Notes under the pieces: model-generated
Databases searched by the model: none
Told to the model about the DNA's origin: nothing
Seen by the model: only the letters and a program-made list of their open reading frames with translations
Source: Felis catus
Lineage: Eukaryota
Length of the DNA stretch: 64,000 nt
Direction: 5' to 3'
Assembly (NCBI RefSeq): GCF_018350175.1
Contig: NC_058368.1
Span: 166,906,001 to 166,970,000 of the forward strand
Shown: one piece after another, positions 1 to 11,650 of the stretch
How positions within the stretch are numbered: the first letter of the stretch is position 1
Layout: each line of letters begins with the position of its first letter
Translations under genes and position numbers: made by a program

Positions 1-394
1 CTGCTACAGTGTAGGAATTCAAAATACATTTTTTTTAAAATAAATTAGTGAATGTACACTCTTCAGACAAATGTTTCCACAGAACAGATAAAGGGTATGC
101 CCAAGCCTATTCTTAAAAATTAAAAAAAAAAAAAAACTGAATTCTTCACTTCCATGAAGGAAATTCAAAAAGAACAAATTTAAGAATGTAGGACAGAAAG
201 AGGGGGACAAGGAAAATATGCAATAAGATTACTGGGTGCAGACAGGCACAGTAAGAAAAAAACAAACACATATAGAAAAATGAAATTTGAAATTTGATGA
301 AAGAGACACCTCAGAAGATCCAATAAAGAACATATGAAATAGAAACAAGCAAAGCAAGCCAAAAAGTAATAGAAAATAACTGTGTATACAGATT

Positions 395-730
395 AAAATA
401 AACAAAATGTGGCATATCCATATAGTGAAATGCCACCGACTCATAATAAAGGAAAAAACCATACTCAAAATACAGATGAAAGAAGCCAGTTAGAAGGCCT
501 ACATATTGTATGATTTCATTTCTGTGAAATCTGGAAAAGGTAAAACTATAGTAACAGCGACATGGATCAGAGATTGCCTAAGGCGAAGGAGGGGGGGCAA
601 GAATTGACTGCACCCAACATGAGAGAGGTTTTGGGGGTCATCAAAGCGTTCTAAAATTTGACTGTAATGGTTATTGTACAACTATATACATTTGCCAAAA
701 CCCACAGGACTCTACGCTTACACTAAAAAA
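395..730 (+). mobile_element. Old L1 3' end fragment (L1MC/MD-like)
   Basis: L1 3' motifs AAAATGTGGCATATCCATA, TGTATGATTTCATT, AAAACTATAGTAACAG, ACAACTATATACATTTGCCAAAAC, followed by an A-rich tail. Confidence 0.7.
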
Positions 731-949
731 AAATCCCAATATAATTCTTTTTGGTTTTGCTATTGATTAAGGATTACAGAGAAAATAATGTATTAAGAAG
801 ACAGGCAAATAATACCTAATACACATATAATTAAACTTCTCTAAGAACAAGGTTCAAATAACATTTAAATACATAAAATCAAGAAAACTTTTCTGAAAGA
901 AATTTATTCTGGTTTATTTATTAACTTATTAATTAAAGAATATCATTTA

Positions 950-1110
950 CTATATATCAGGCACAGTATTAAACATTTTTAAAATGATAACTTAATATCA
1001 TAACAACCTTCTTTGGCAAATCCAATTATTTTCCCTGTCATACAGATGAGGAGACTTAAATACAGAGAAGTTAAATAATTTTATCAAGTTTCAGCTAATA
1101 AGTAGCAATG
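950..1110 (-). mobile_element. MIR SINE fragment
   Basis: Reverse MIR core ACAGATGAGGAGACTTAAATACAGAGAAGTTAAATAATT. Confidence 0.65.
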
Positions 1111-1497
1111 CTCTTTATACTTACATATTAATAGCCACATTATTTGGCAAAGCAAACTGAGTAGGATGCTCATCGCCAGACATATGTTAGTAAAATTACT
1201 AAAGTTTAACTATAAGTAGCCAAGGGAAAATAACCAGATATCTAGAAGGGTAAAAAATAAGGCTGGCTACAGTAAAAGTCAATGCCAGAAGGCAGTGGAA
1301 AACATTATAAAATAAAAAGATAACAAAAGCAAAAAAGAAAGGCCGTTTATAAATTTTATAATAAGTGCAGGTGTCATGAAGTCATTAAAATTTAAAAATG
1401 AACAGATTCAGAAAATACTGTTCACATGAGCTCCTCTTAAAACTAAAACAATTGAGCAAAATGATAAAAGGGCAATTTAGACTAAAAGGCTAGGTGG

Positions 1498-1950
1498 TGA
1501 TTAGGGTTCTTCAGAGAAACGGAAGCCATAGGATGTTTGTGTGGAGAGACAGAGAGATTGTAAGACTTCGATTCTTGTGATTTTGGAGGCTGGTGAGTCC
1601 AAAATCTGCAGGGTAGTTAGATAGGCTGAAGACCCAAGAGAGCCAGTATTCCAATTCAAGTCCTAAGGCAGTCTGCCTTAGAGCTAAGAAGGGCCGATGA
1701 TCCAGATGAAATCTTAAGGTAGTCCTCTTCTTTGGAAGAGGCCAATGTTTTTGTTGTATTTTTCAACAGATTCAATGATTGAATGAGATCAACACACATT
1801 GTACAGAACAATCTACTTTACTCCTAGTCCACTGATTTAAATGTTAATTTCACCCAAAACAATGTCACAGAAACATCCAGAATGATGTTCGATGAGGTAT
1901 CTGGACAGGCGAAAGCCCAGTCAAGTTTATACATAAAATTAACCATCACA
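1498..1950 (-). mobile_element. MLT2 (ERVL) solo LTR
   Basis: Ends ...ACATAAAATTAACCATCACA (reverse complement of the MLT2 start TGTGATGGTTAATTTTATG); perfect 5-bp TSD GGTGG at 1493-1497 and 1951-1955. Confidence 0.85.
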
Positions 1951-2405
1951 GGTGGTAGAGACAATATTCTCTAATAAAAATACAACAAAATTAGAAATTA
2001 ACAAAATAAGTAAATGTATGTATCTATAAATCTGGAAATAGAAAAAAATCTCTCTTAACTCAAACACTAATCAAAATTGCAAAACTTAAAAAAAATAGTC
2101 CATATTTGAACATTTGGAATTTAGATAATCGGTGCTCAGAGAAAAATGCACAGCCTTTAATACTTAAACTGGTTAAAAAGAAAAAAAAAAACAAAGTAAG
2201 GAACTGATTCAGTTAGAAGTACAGAAATAAATTGAAAGCAAGCATAAAGAAAAAAAAAGCAATAAAAGTAGTATTTAATGAGATAAAAATATGCAAACAA
2301 CAAAAATAATTTTAAAAAACCCTAAAACTGCTACTTGGAAGAAAAAATAAGCAATAGAACATACACACCACTTGTTAATAAAAATTGATTAGAATAAAGC
2401 ATATA

Positions 2406-2616
2406 GGGACCCCCGAGTGGCTCAGTCAGTTAAGCATCCTACTCTTGGTTTCAGCTCAGGTCGTGATCTCACTGTTCTTCAGTTCGAGCCCCACTGAAAA
2501 CATGGAGCCTGCTAGGGATTCTCTCTTCCTCTCTCTCTTCTCTTCTCTTCTCCTGCTCATCTTCTTTCTCTCTCAAAATAAATAAATACACTTAAGATTT
2601 TTTAAAAAAGAAAAAG
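2406..2616 (+). mobile_element. Can-SINE (older, internally deleted)
   Basis: tRNA-like head GTGGCTCAGTCAGTTAAGCAT, CT-rich tract, AATAAA tail; TSD AAAGCATATA at 2396-2405 and 2617-2626. Confidence 0.9.
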
Positions 2617-3655
2617 AAAGCATATAATTGGAAGTTATTAGGAAGAAAAATTCATAGAAATAGAGGAAATTGGATGACTAATAAAAGTGCTATTTCAATA
2701 ATATAAAAATAAATTTGAAACCTGGATAACTGATATTTTTTCCTAAGAAAAACAATTTGTCAAACTTATATTCAAACTCTGGAAATCAGAAAAGGTTAAT
2801 TTCCATAAAACAATTGAGAGAAAAATAGTCAAAGATTAAAGGGCTTCACAGGAGAATTCCAACATGTATTTAACAATCAGACCATTGAAATGCTATTAAA
2901 CGGCTCCAGGCATAAAAAAGAAAGCAAGCTTATAAAAAGAATATGACATTGATACTAAAGCCTTAAGTCTTTGAAAACAAACTGTAGAGTAATCTCACAT
3001 AAATATTAATACAAAAATAGTAAATAAAATGCTGAAAAAGAAAATACAGCAAAATTAAAAGATAATTGTACCATGACTCAGTTTTGTTACATAAACGTAA
3101 TGATGATTCAACATTAGGAATTCTATTAATATAAGTAGTATAAATCACCAACATCCATGATAAAAAAAAAAACATTTGAAAGAATTTAGCAACCGCCCCT
3201 AATAAACATTTAGTTGAATTATATGGAAGGTTATTTTTGTAGGTGAAAAAATAAATCAAATATTGTTCAGCCTAATAATACTAAGTGAAACAGAAGCCAA
3301 TGAATTCATAATAAAAAGAAATCTATCTCAGCTCACAAGCCAATGAATTCAGTTAGAGTAAGAAACTGTAGGTAAAGCATTTTGGAAGGGGGTTGTAAAA
3401 TTACTACTATTTGCTGAGATATGATTGCTTACCTGCAAAACCAAAGAGAATGAACTAGAAAATTATTACAAAAAATTCAGTAAGCTAAAGGGATATTAAA
3501 TTAATATTCAGAAACTAATAGCTTTCATATATGCAAATAACATCCAGTTAGGTAATACAAGGAAAGAAAAAAAAACCCATTTTCAATACCAAGGTTAAAT
3601 AGGGAAGAATAGCAATAATAAAGATGAAAAAAATCTCTTTTAAGAAAGCTTTAAA

Positions 3656-3893
3656 GGGGCGCCTGGGTGGCGCAGTCGGTTAAGCGTCTGACTTCAGCCA
3701 GGTCACGATCTCGCGGTCCGTGAGTTCGAGCCCCGCGTCAGGCTCTGGGCTGATGGCTCGGAGCCTGGAGCCTGTTTCCGATTGTGTGTCTCCCCCTCTC
3801 TCTGCCCCTCCCCCGTTCATGCTCTGTCTCTCTCTGTCCCAAAAATAAATAAACGTTGAAAAAAAATTTTTTTCTAAATAAATAAATAAAAAA
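3656..3893 (+). mobile_element. Young SINEC_Fc-type Can-SINE
   Basis: GGGGCGCCTGGGTGGCGCAGTCGGTTAAGCG head with most CpGs intact; perfect 14-bp TSD AAGAAAGCTTTAAA at 3642-3655 and 3894-3907. Confidence 0.97.
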
Positions 3894-4294
3894 AAGAAAG
3901 CTTTAAAGCAGCTTTGAAGGACAGGACTAGACATGAACAAATGTAACAGCATACTGTATCATTCAATAGGAATACTCAATATCATAAAGACTTTACTTCT
4001 CTGTAAGTTACTCTATAAATGTGATACAATCTAAATAAACAGTGCTAATTATGCAAACTATAATAACTAATCATAATTATAACCAAACATAATGTTTAAG
4101 TAGAAAAATAAAAGTCCCCGGCAAAACTCTGGAAAAGAATAAGGTAAACAGCAAGGAGGACCCTCCTTATGACATAAAAATGTGTTTATAATGTTGTATA
4201 ATAAAGATTAGTAAAGTTTCAACATTAAAACAGTGAGGTGTTGGTTCATAAACAAGCAGAGCAATGGCCCAGAATAAAACATTCCAAAGTCCAT

Positions 4295-4298
<4 letters not shown>

Positions 4299-4340
<42 letters not shown>
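4299..4340. repeat. (AT)21 microsatellite
   Basis: Pure AT dinucleotide run. Confidence 0.97.
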
Positions 4341-4344
<4 letters not shown>

Positions 4345-4832
4345 TTGAAAGAGGATAAAGTTAGCATATCAAATCAGTGGGGAAAAAATGAATTATTCAA
4401 AAATGGCATTAGAATTACTAGAGATAATTAAGCTATATCCATACCTCACACCAGACACCAAGATAAATTCCAAAAATAGCAAATATTTAAAAAGTACATA
4501 AATGTGTCAGAAGAAAACAGGAATAATAACTTCATAAAACTGGAGAGACAAAAGCCTTTCTCATTTTAACTCAAAATCCAGAAGTCATTAAAGAAAAGAT
4601 AGATTTAACTAGACAAACATAAAGACTGCAAAGCCAAAGAAAAAATATTATAACTATAGTCAAAGGGCAAATAAAAAGTGAAGACACAATATTTTTCAAA
4701 ATCAGTTAAAATATCTCAATATATAAATTCCACAAATATTAGTATTAAGGAGTATCAATAAGAAAAAGAACAATAATCCAATGGATCTTTGGTAAAAGGA
4801 TATGATCATACAGTTCATAGGAAGGCAAATAC

Positions 4833-5074
4833 TTTTTTTTGTAATGTTTATTTGTTTATTTTGCAAGAGAAATAGAGAGATAACACAAGTAGGGAAGGCA
4901 TAGCAAGAGAGAGAAAGAGAGGAAGAGAAAGTGAGAGAGAGAGAAAGTCCCAAGCGGGCACCACACTGTCAGCACAGAGCCCAAGGAGGGACTCAGTCTC
5001 ATGAGCCATGAGATCATGACCTGAGCCAAAATCAGGAGTCAGATGCTTAACCAACTGAGCCAACCAGGTGCCCC
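4833..5074 (-). mobile_element. Can-SINE
   Basis: Poly-T, GA-rich tract, then ...AACTGAGCCAACCAGGTGCCCC (reversed head). Confidence 0.93.
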
Positions 5075-6449
5075 AGCAAATGTTCTTTAAAATATGAAAA
5101 GTAAAGCATAAACTCAATGAGAATAAAAGAATACACATGAATGATACAGAAATATCATTTTTTTAACATATTTGGAAAGAAATGATAATATTCCATTATA
5201 TGCTATAGGTCAGACTGTGTGGGAAGCCAATTTCATATATTTCTAGAGTAAATACATATTTACAGCTTTTATGATGAACAATTTGGTAATATCTATGAAA
5301 ATTATAAATGCATATATATTTTGACCCAGTAATTTCACTTCTGGGAAGTTTTCCACGAATATATTTGTGTTTTAAAGAATATAAGCAATTTATTACTAAT
5401 TACATTTAAAAAGTTTTCTTTAAAAGCAAATGTTCATCAATAAGGAGCTGTTTAAACTATGGTGCATCCATATAATGAGATACTATGCAACTATAAAAAA
5501 AATGAGAAAGCACTTAATGTGTGCATATAGATTTATTAAGTGAAAAAATCAGGGTATACAAGAGCATGTGTAGAAAACAGGGAAATAAAAATACATATTC
5601 ATATTTGTTTAAGTATAAAGAAACTGCTAATACTGTTACTCTGTGGGACAGAGGTGATAGGGACAAGGAGAAAAGAAAGACTTTTTTGATAACTTATATT
5701 TAATATGTTTTATAATTTGGGTCCTCAAAAATGTTATCTAGTAAAATAAATTTTTAAAAATATATTTTAAATTCTAATGCTTAATATTGCATGACTATCT
5801 CTGAAACTTATCTTTCAGTTAAATATTTATGATAGATTTAGAATCGTTGTCTTCATTCTATGTTTAAGTATTCAGTCAACAGTTCCAATTCTGTTTATTT
5901 TTGCATCGTTCTCATCTAGTTTAGAACTATAGACATCTCATATTACACAGTTGCCCAGTGTTTTATAGGTAGCATAAAGCATGAAATTTGAGTTCATATT
6001 GATTAAGAGAATTTTGGGGAATGTTTTAACATAGTAAAAAAAAATTAAAACTTCAACGGAAGCATATCTACGTTTTAATGTAGAAATACGCTATTTAAGT
6101 CATGGATTTTATAGCCCTCCCATCCTTCCCCTCGCTCCCAAATAAACAAGCAAACAATAGCACATAATATTGGAAACTAACGGGAAAGTCTCTTCAAATG
6201 AAGCCCTTCTCTTCTTTCCACTACCATAACCATACGCACCCACTTGGAAATGGAATCATAGGATTAGAGCAATCCAAGAAAACTATACTTACATTTGATA
6301 TTTTCCCAGACAGAGAACCAAAATTAAAATGTTGCCATGCTGTCCAAAAACATTTGTTGAGACGTGTATGTTTGATATGTGGAAAATGTTTATAGTTTTG
6401 ACACCCTGTAGAACTTAGGACAAGATGTATCTTCAAGATCAGCAGTCAC

Positions 6450-6803
6450 TGAATGGCTAGCATTCATCAACTCCAGGGGCAGTTAATCAGTAAGTGCTGC
6501 CTCGGCGTCAATGGAAGGACCAAATATGGCCCAATGGATAGGCCCTGAAACTCCAAGAAGAAGAAGAGGCAGCTAGGCCAAAACTTCTTTTCATCCCACT
6601 CTCTTGTACTCCTTAGAGTAGACCAGTCACCAACCAAATACAACCAATTGATTCAGGTCAACACAATGTGGGCCAGAGGAATTACCTAGCCAAGCCCTAC
6701 CCAAATTTCTGATCCCTCACATTTTGAGATATAATAAAGAGTTTTCTATTTTAAGACACTAAATTCAGAGGTGTTTGTTACATAGCAATATATAACAGGA
6801 ACA
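6450..6803 (+). mobile_element. MLT1-type MaLR LTR
   Basis: MLT1 3' terminus AATAAA...TTTTAAGACACTAAATT...TTTGTTACATAGCAATATATAACAGGAACA; left edge approximate. Confidence 0.7.
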
Positions 6804-8939
6804 ATCAGATAGGAAAAACTATTAACTGATGGTATAATTTGGCACATTTTTTTAAACGAAAAATGTTTCATTTGATTTTCCATCTTCAAACAAGCAAAAA
6901 ACCCTTTACTAACAAAGTACTCTTTAACTAAGGTCAATTATCATCTCCCTATGAGTGTTTTGTCACTATTCAACCTCCATGCAATTAGGGTACTATGTCT
7001 CATATTAAGTAAATACTACATTTTCATAATGCAAAGTAAACTAGAAATTTCAAAAATTAAGAAATTATTTCCCCAATATTTGAGTAGATATTCATATAAT
7101 GATAATATCAAAGATTCACCATGATGATATTTTATTAGATATCAACCACCTCAAAATAATGATAATTTTTCGATTATTTTAGTCCTTTTTCATTTTTCAA
7201 CCCATAAATCCAATATTTCTAAAAGTGAAGATTTGACAGGTCTCTGACGGTCTGACAACCTCCTTTAATAACTCCTTCTTGGGAGGAACAGCACTGCCGA
7301 CATGGGTCTGTGTAGAGAAGGCCTGTTTAATATTAGCTTTCCATCAGTCCAGTTGTGTGACTGAGACTCTGAGCTACATTGCTTTAGGCCTGCTGGCAAG
7401 AGAAAACCTGTTTAATTACCTGCCCCAGCTGTACTTACTAAGTGAAATGATTATTAAATCTGTCTCTCTATTTCACAGTTTCAGTATACAATTCAAATCT
7501 GTGCCAAAAGGAATGGGGGACACAGATTCTGTAGGAGTAGGCAGGATTAAAACCCTCATCGCGACAGGTGTCTTAAGAGTATTGTTGCCTAGGGCTCAGC
7601 CGACCCTCTGTCGTCTAATATAAAAATGGAAGGTTCTTAGATGCTCTGCCAACTTTGAAACTGAATATAACCTCTCATCATTTACCCACATTATTGTCCA
7701 GTTCACGTTCAAAGGCATAATTCTTGGCCTTTTTCTACTTTTTTTACCTGCCGAAGGATAATTTGAGCCCTTTACTCTTAAGTCCTAAGACATGATAAAA
7801 CCACAAACTTGTATTGTTCTCATTTGCAAATTCCCATCATCTGTTTCTCAGAGTTCGTTGCTCTCCTACCATTTGTGACAGAGGGAACAAACACCCACCC
7901 TTAGAGCAAACTAAGTGACCTGCTTCCATTGTAATTCCTGCTATGTTGAAAAAATCATGCAAGGTTTGACTCTACCCCATAATATATCCGTGTTCAGAAT
8001 TTACAAAACTAATGGTTAAATCATTAAAATGCTTATTAAAATAGGGCCTCCAAGAAAATGAAATGTGTTTATTTTGTAGTCTAACCTATAACTTTAAAGA
8101 GCCTCTGCACACTTTGCAGAGGTAAGCACCAAAATTTGAGAGTGTATACTAATTTGTACTCACGCTTTTCTAAAAACAGCTCTTCATTCATAAAATCCTT
8201 CTGTTGTCTAATCTTGTAGCTTATCTTTCTTTCTTTGGTATTTACTTTGCTTTATAAATCAGTGGCAAATTAAATCTCATTTTTTGTCTGTAAACTTTAA
8301 GATAGTTTTTGCTAAATTCTGCAACCAGAAAGTAAACTAGCTTTTGCACTAACTCCACTTGTGTCATTGATGATGTATCTAAGTGCCAGTTTAAATAATA
8401 CAGTCTCCCTTTTAGTGTTTCACAGTTAGAATTCATTTCTGTTTTGCAATTTTGTTTGGAACTTTAAATCAGGGTGTTGTTAGTGCCATGATTTAACAAC
8501 GCGTAGGTTAAATGAATACAGTAGGCCATGAGAATTGGTCAGAGGAATACTGTATTTCCCTCTTGTCATTTATGCTAGACAGAAATTTGGTGTGACAAAC
8601 AGTATCAAATATGAATGCAAATCATACAAATAAAGAGTTTATCGATAAGCATTTATGGAATTAGTAAGGGAAAAACGTCACCCTTTTCTCACTCCATCAA
8701 ACCATAACATTTTTGGTATAAATAATGCATTGTCATTTGGGGTATCTATGCAACCTGTATGACCAGCCATGTCTTCTTGAGTAAGTCACAGAGATGATAT
8801 CAATATCAAATAAAATTCAACAAGTTAAGCATCTCTTTATGCTCATTCTTTACGAGGATTACACCAATAATTTTGCCCAGCTGTATGAAATGTCACAGAG
8901 CCTTCGTGTAATCTTTGAGATCCAAATCATGGACATGAG

Positions 8940-9585
8940 GAATAATGTGGTGGAGGAAAAAACACTCTCAACTTTCCATTCTGAGTCCAAGCTGAGTTTG
9001 ACTCTTAACCCTGCAACTCATTTTTTATGTTATCTGAGACTCATCATTTTTTCTCCTTTTTAACTTACTTATTTTTTTCCTTTTTTTGTATGAGTGTCTG
9101 TGATAAATAAAAATGCCTGGGTCTCCTGATCATAGGATGGTCATTTTTGTTTGCCAGTCTGTCAGCAATCTTTTGAGGTTTTTTTGAGGAGGAGGGGTCT
9201 TGTTGTTTACTTGTCTTTTATTAAGGTATAATCGACATATAACATTATATTTGTTTCAGGTGTACAACATACTGATGCGATCTTTGTATATATTGCAAAA
9301 TGATCACCATGATAAATCTAGTTAACCTTGAGTTACAAATTTTTTTTTCCTTGTGACGAGAATTTCTCAGATCTACTCTCTCAGCAGCTTTCAAATACGT
9401 AATGTGATATTATTAACTATGGTCACCATATTGTACATTATATCCCCACAAATTATTTATTTTATAACTGGAAGTTTTTACCTTTTCATTTCACTCTTCT
9501 TGATATCAGTTTTTCAGCTGCAAAATAAAGGCTTTGTTCTAACATGACCATTCGAAAGTTCTCTTCCAAGTTTGAAATTCAAAAG
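8940..9585 (+). mobile_element. MIR split by an L1-containing insertion (MIR halves about 8940-9049 and 9486-9585)
   Basis: Left half aligns to the MIR 5' part ending TCATTT; right half resumes TCATTT...TCAGTTTTTCAGCTGCAAAATAAAGG (MIR core). Confidence 0.5.
9215..9486 (-). mobile_element. 5'-truncated L1 3' end (L1MA9/L1_Carn-like)
   Basis: TTTCAGGTGTACAACAT, AGATCTACTCTCTCAGCAGCTTTCAAATAC, TTATTAACTATGGTCACCAT, TTATAACTGGAAGTTT. Confidence 0.85.
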
Positions 9586-9819
9586 TTACTAAGTTTATTG
9601 TGTTATTGGATGGTTGTGAGTGTTAAATTACTGAATTATTTTAATATATGCAGTTTTAGCACAGGGTCTGGCACAGAGTGATCTAGTACAAAGTGAGTGT
9701 TCAAAATGTTTTCCTGTGGCCAAGCTTAGCCTGTCTTATGCTATGTAACTGCACATTCACATTAGAGCAGATTAGCATCACCTCAAGTTCCATCATGATT
9801 CACTAGTCATCATCAGTAT

Positions 9820-10200
9820 TTGGTTCTCCTTCCCCCCTGGGCATACTGAAGGTTACATTTATCAGGTTTCTGTGTAAATTGTAAGTTGGATGAGAACGCA
9901 TGACTCGTTCTGACCAAAGAAATGTAAGCAGAAAAAAAGTGTGTTACTCCTTGGCTGAGGTGAGAAATGCCTGTGTACATTTCTTCTGACTATCCCTCCT
10001 CTGCTGCTAGGATATGACTCCATCGCTACAGGTACAAAATGGTGGCACTGTGGCAGCCTGGTCCCTGAGTGTTTATATGGAGCAGATGTCCCTGACAGAC
10101 TACACGGGATATATACCATGAGCAAGAAATAAACCTGCTGTTAATCAACAGAAAGTTTTTGTTCTTTTTGCTGCAGCATAACAGCCTATCCTGAGTAACA
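9820..10200 (+). mobile_element. MLT1J/K-like MaLR LTR
   Basis: TGACTCGTTCTGACCAAAGAAATGTAAGCAGAA and 3' end GCAAGAAATAAACC...GCAGCATAACAGCCTATCCTGAGTAACA. Confidence 0.7.
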
Positions 10201-10355
10201 TCCTTCATGCCATTAAAATGAATTTACACAGTTTCCGAGCGGTATATTTAGCTGTGCCTTCCTCAGTGCCATTCAGATACAGTTATTTATTTCCTTCCCC
10301 TCAACTTCATAATTAAACCACAAACCAATTTGCTTAATAATTAATATCTTTATCC

Positions 10356-10472
10356 TGTGGGGGAGGAAAAAATAAATTTCCCTTTACTTTTCTAAGTTCT
10401 TGGTCGGGATTTGCCCCCCTCCCCACTGTGATAACAGGAGAAAAACAAACAAGTTTAATATCATGTATATAC

Positions 10473-10559
<87 letters not shown>

Positions 10560-10983
10560 GAGAGACCCAGGAAAACTGAGTAACTCCCCCAAGTGGCACA
10601 GTCACCTCCTTAAATATCATCTCCATATAAAGACAAAAGAAAGATGTTGTGGGATAGGTGAGTTGGAGAAGAGCAGTTATGGGAAGTTATCAGTCAAAGC
10701 ACATTAAACAAGGCTATGGTTGTTATGCAGATTTAAGTCTGTGCCTTCTCCTTCGGTAAGAGTTTCTAGGGAGTAGGTCATCTTTGTCTTCCTGGTACAC
10801 AGAGGGAGACACCCTTACAAAGGGAGATTTCCCTTGTAAATGTAAATATCTATTACAAAAAGGTAACTTCTACTTGGTTTTCACAGCTTCTCCTAGGTCT
10901 GGAGTTTCTTATAAATAAACAGTCTAAAAGAATGTTTACTCCAAAGAGGGATATTTGGGGGCAATAAATTCTGCTCCCCTTCA
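10356..10983 (-). mobile_element. ERV1 solo LTR, MER34/MER39-like (copy 1)
   Basis: TG...CA termini; right end reverse-complements to TGAAGGGGAGCAGAATTT...CCCCAAATATCCCTCTTTGG; co-linear with 13178-13729. Confidence 0.75.
10475..10557. repeat. Compound (TA)n(CA)n microsatellite inside the LTR
   Basis: About 21 TA units followed by about 20 CA units. Confidence 0.97.
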
Positions 10984-10989
10984 TCTCCT

Positions 10990-11650
10990 AAATCTCTCCC
11001 ACAGGTAGCCCTTCCCTTCTAGTCCTACCATTACTCCCCCAGTCCAGGCCTTCAGCTGTTCTCACAAGGTTACATCTGTAGCCTCCTGACAGGGTCTCAC
11101 TGCTTCCAGATTACCTCATTCAGATCTCTTTACCCTTGATTAAATTTAAAAAGCAATTTTGCCTTACTGGTCTCCTTTAAAAAAAAAAAAAAGTTTCCAA
11201 TATCAGGAGTCCAAGCCTGGCAGTGTGACATAAAAAGCCCTTCCATGAATTTGCCTGTTAATCTCTCCATTTCCTACTTTTCTTTGCCTGGAAAACTAAT
11301 ATCTAGGAAATCATGAGTTGCCTATACTTCTAGATACACCATGGTGATTCACACCTTCTGACATTGCTCATGCTATTCTATCTAGAATGACCTCCCACTC
11401 TTTCTTCATTTGACTCATTTCTACTCATTCATCATGATTCAGTCAGTCTAGAATCCCAGATCCTGTTGTATTCTGCTGTGTGGCTACACCTACTCTGTGT
11501 GTACTTCTAGGCTTGTTATAATGTAACTGTTTGTGTCTTTTTTGCCTACTAGATCCAGAGCACCTAAGGCAAGGATATGCCTGTCATGTATCTTTGTATT
11601 ACTCACCTGCCCTCTCTAATGCCTGCTAGTGCTCTGTAAATGTTGGTGAA
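10990..11650 (+). mobile_element. L2 LINE 3' fragment
   Basis: AGTCCAGGCC...GCCTCCTGACAGGGTCTCACTGCTTCCA, TTGCTCATGCTATTC, CTAGATCCAGAGCACCTAAGGCAAGG, TAAATGTTGGTGAA. Confidence 0.65.

Larger units (their letters stand above)
1200..5760 (+). mobile_element. Decayed long L1 (L1M-class; ORF1 end, ORF2 and 3' UTR remnants) carrying nested insertions
   Basis: GGCTTCACAGGAGAATTC (GFTGEF) at about 2842; frameshifted LFADDMIAYLQN-like RT motif at about 3407-3442; TTTGACCCAGTAATTTCACTTCTGGGAA at about 5320; many stops and deletions. Confidence 0.75.

Noticed and set aside
3427..3455. Minus-strand TTCTCTTTGGTTTTGCAG|GTAAGC as a recursive splice site
   Set aside because: It lies in the antisense strand of the decayed L1 RT motif, where T-rich tracts are expected. 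It mainly shows that the motif can arise by chance.
3656..3735. SINE heads as tRNA genes
   Set aside because: The A/B boxes are the tRNA-derived part of Can-SINEs, followed by CT tracts, A-tails and TSDs.
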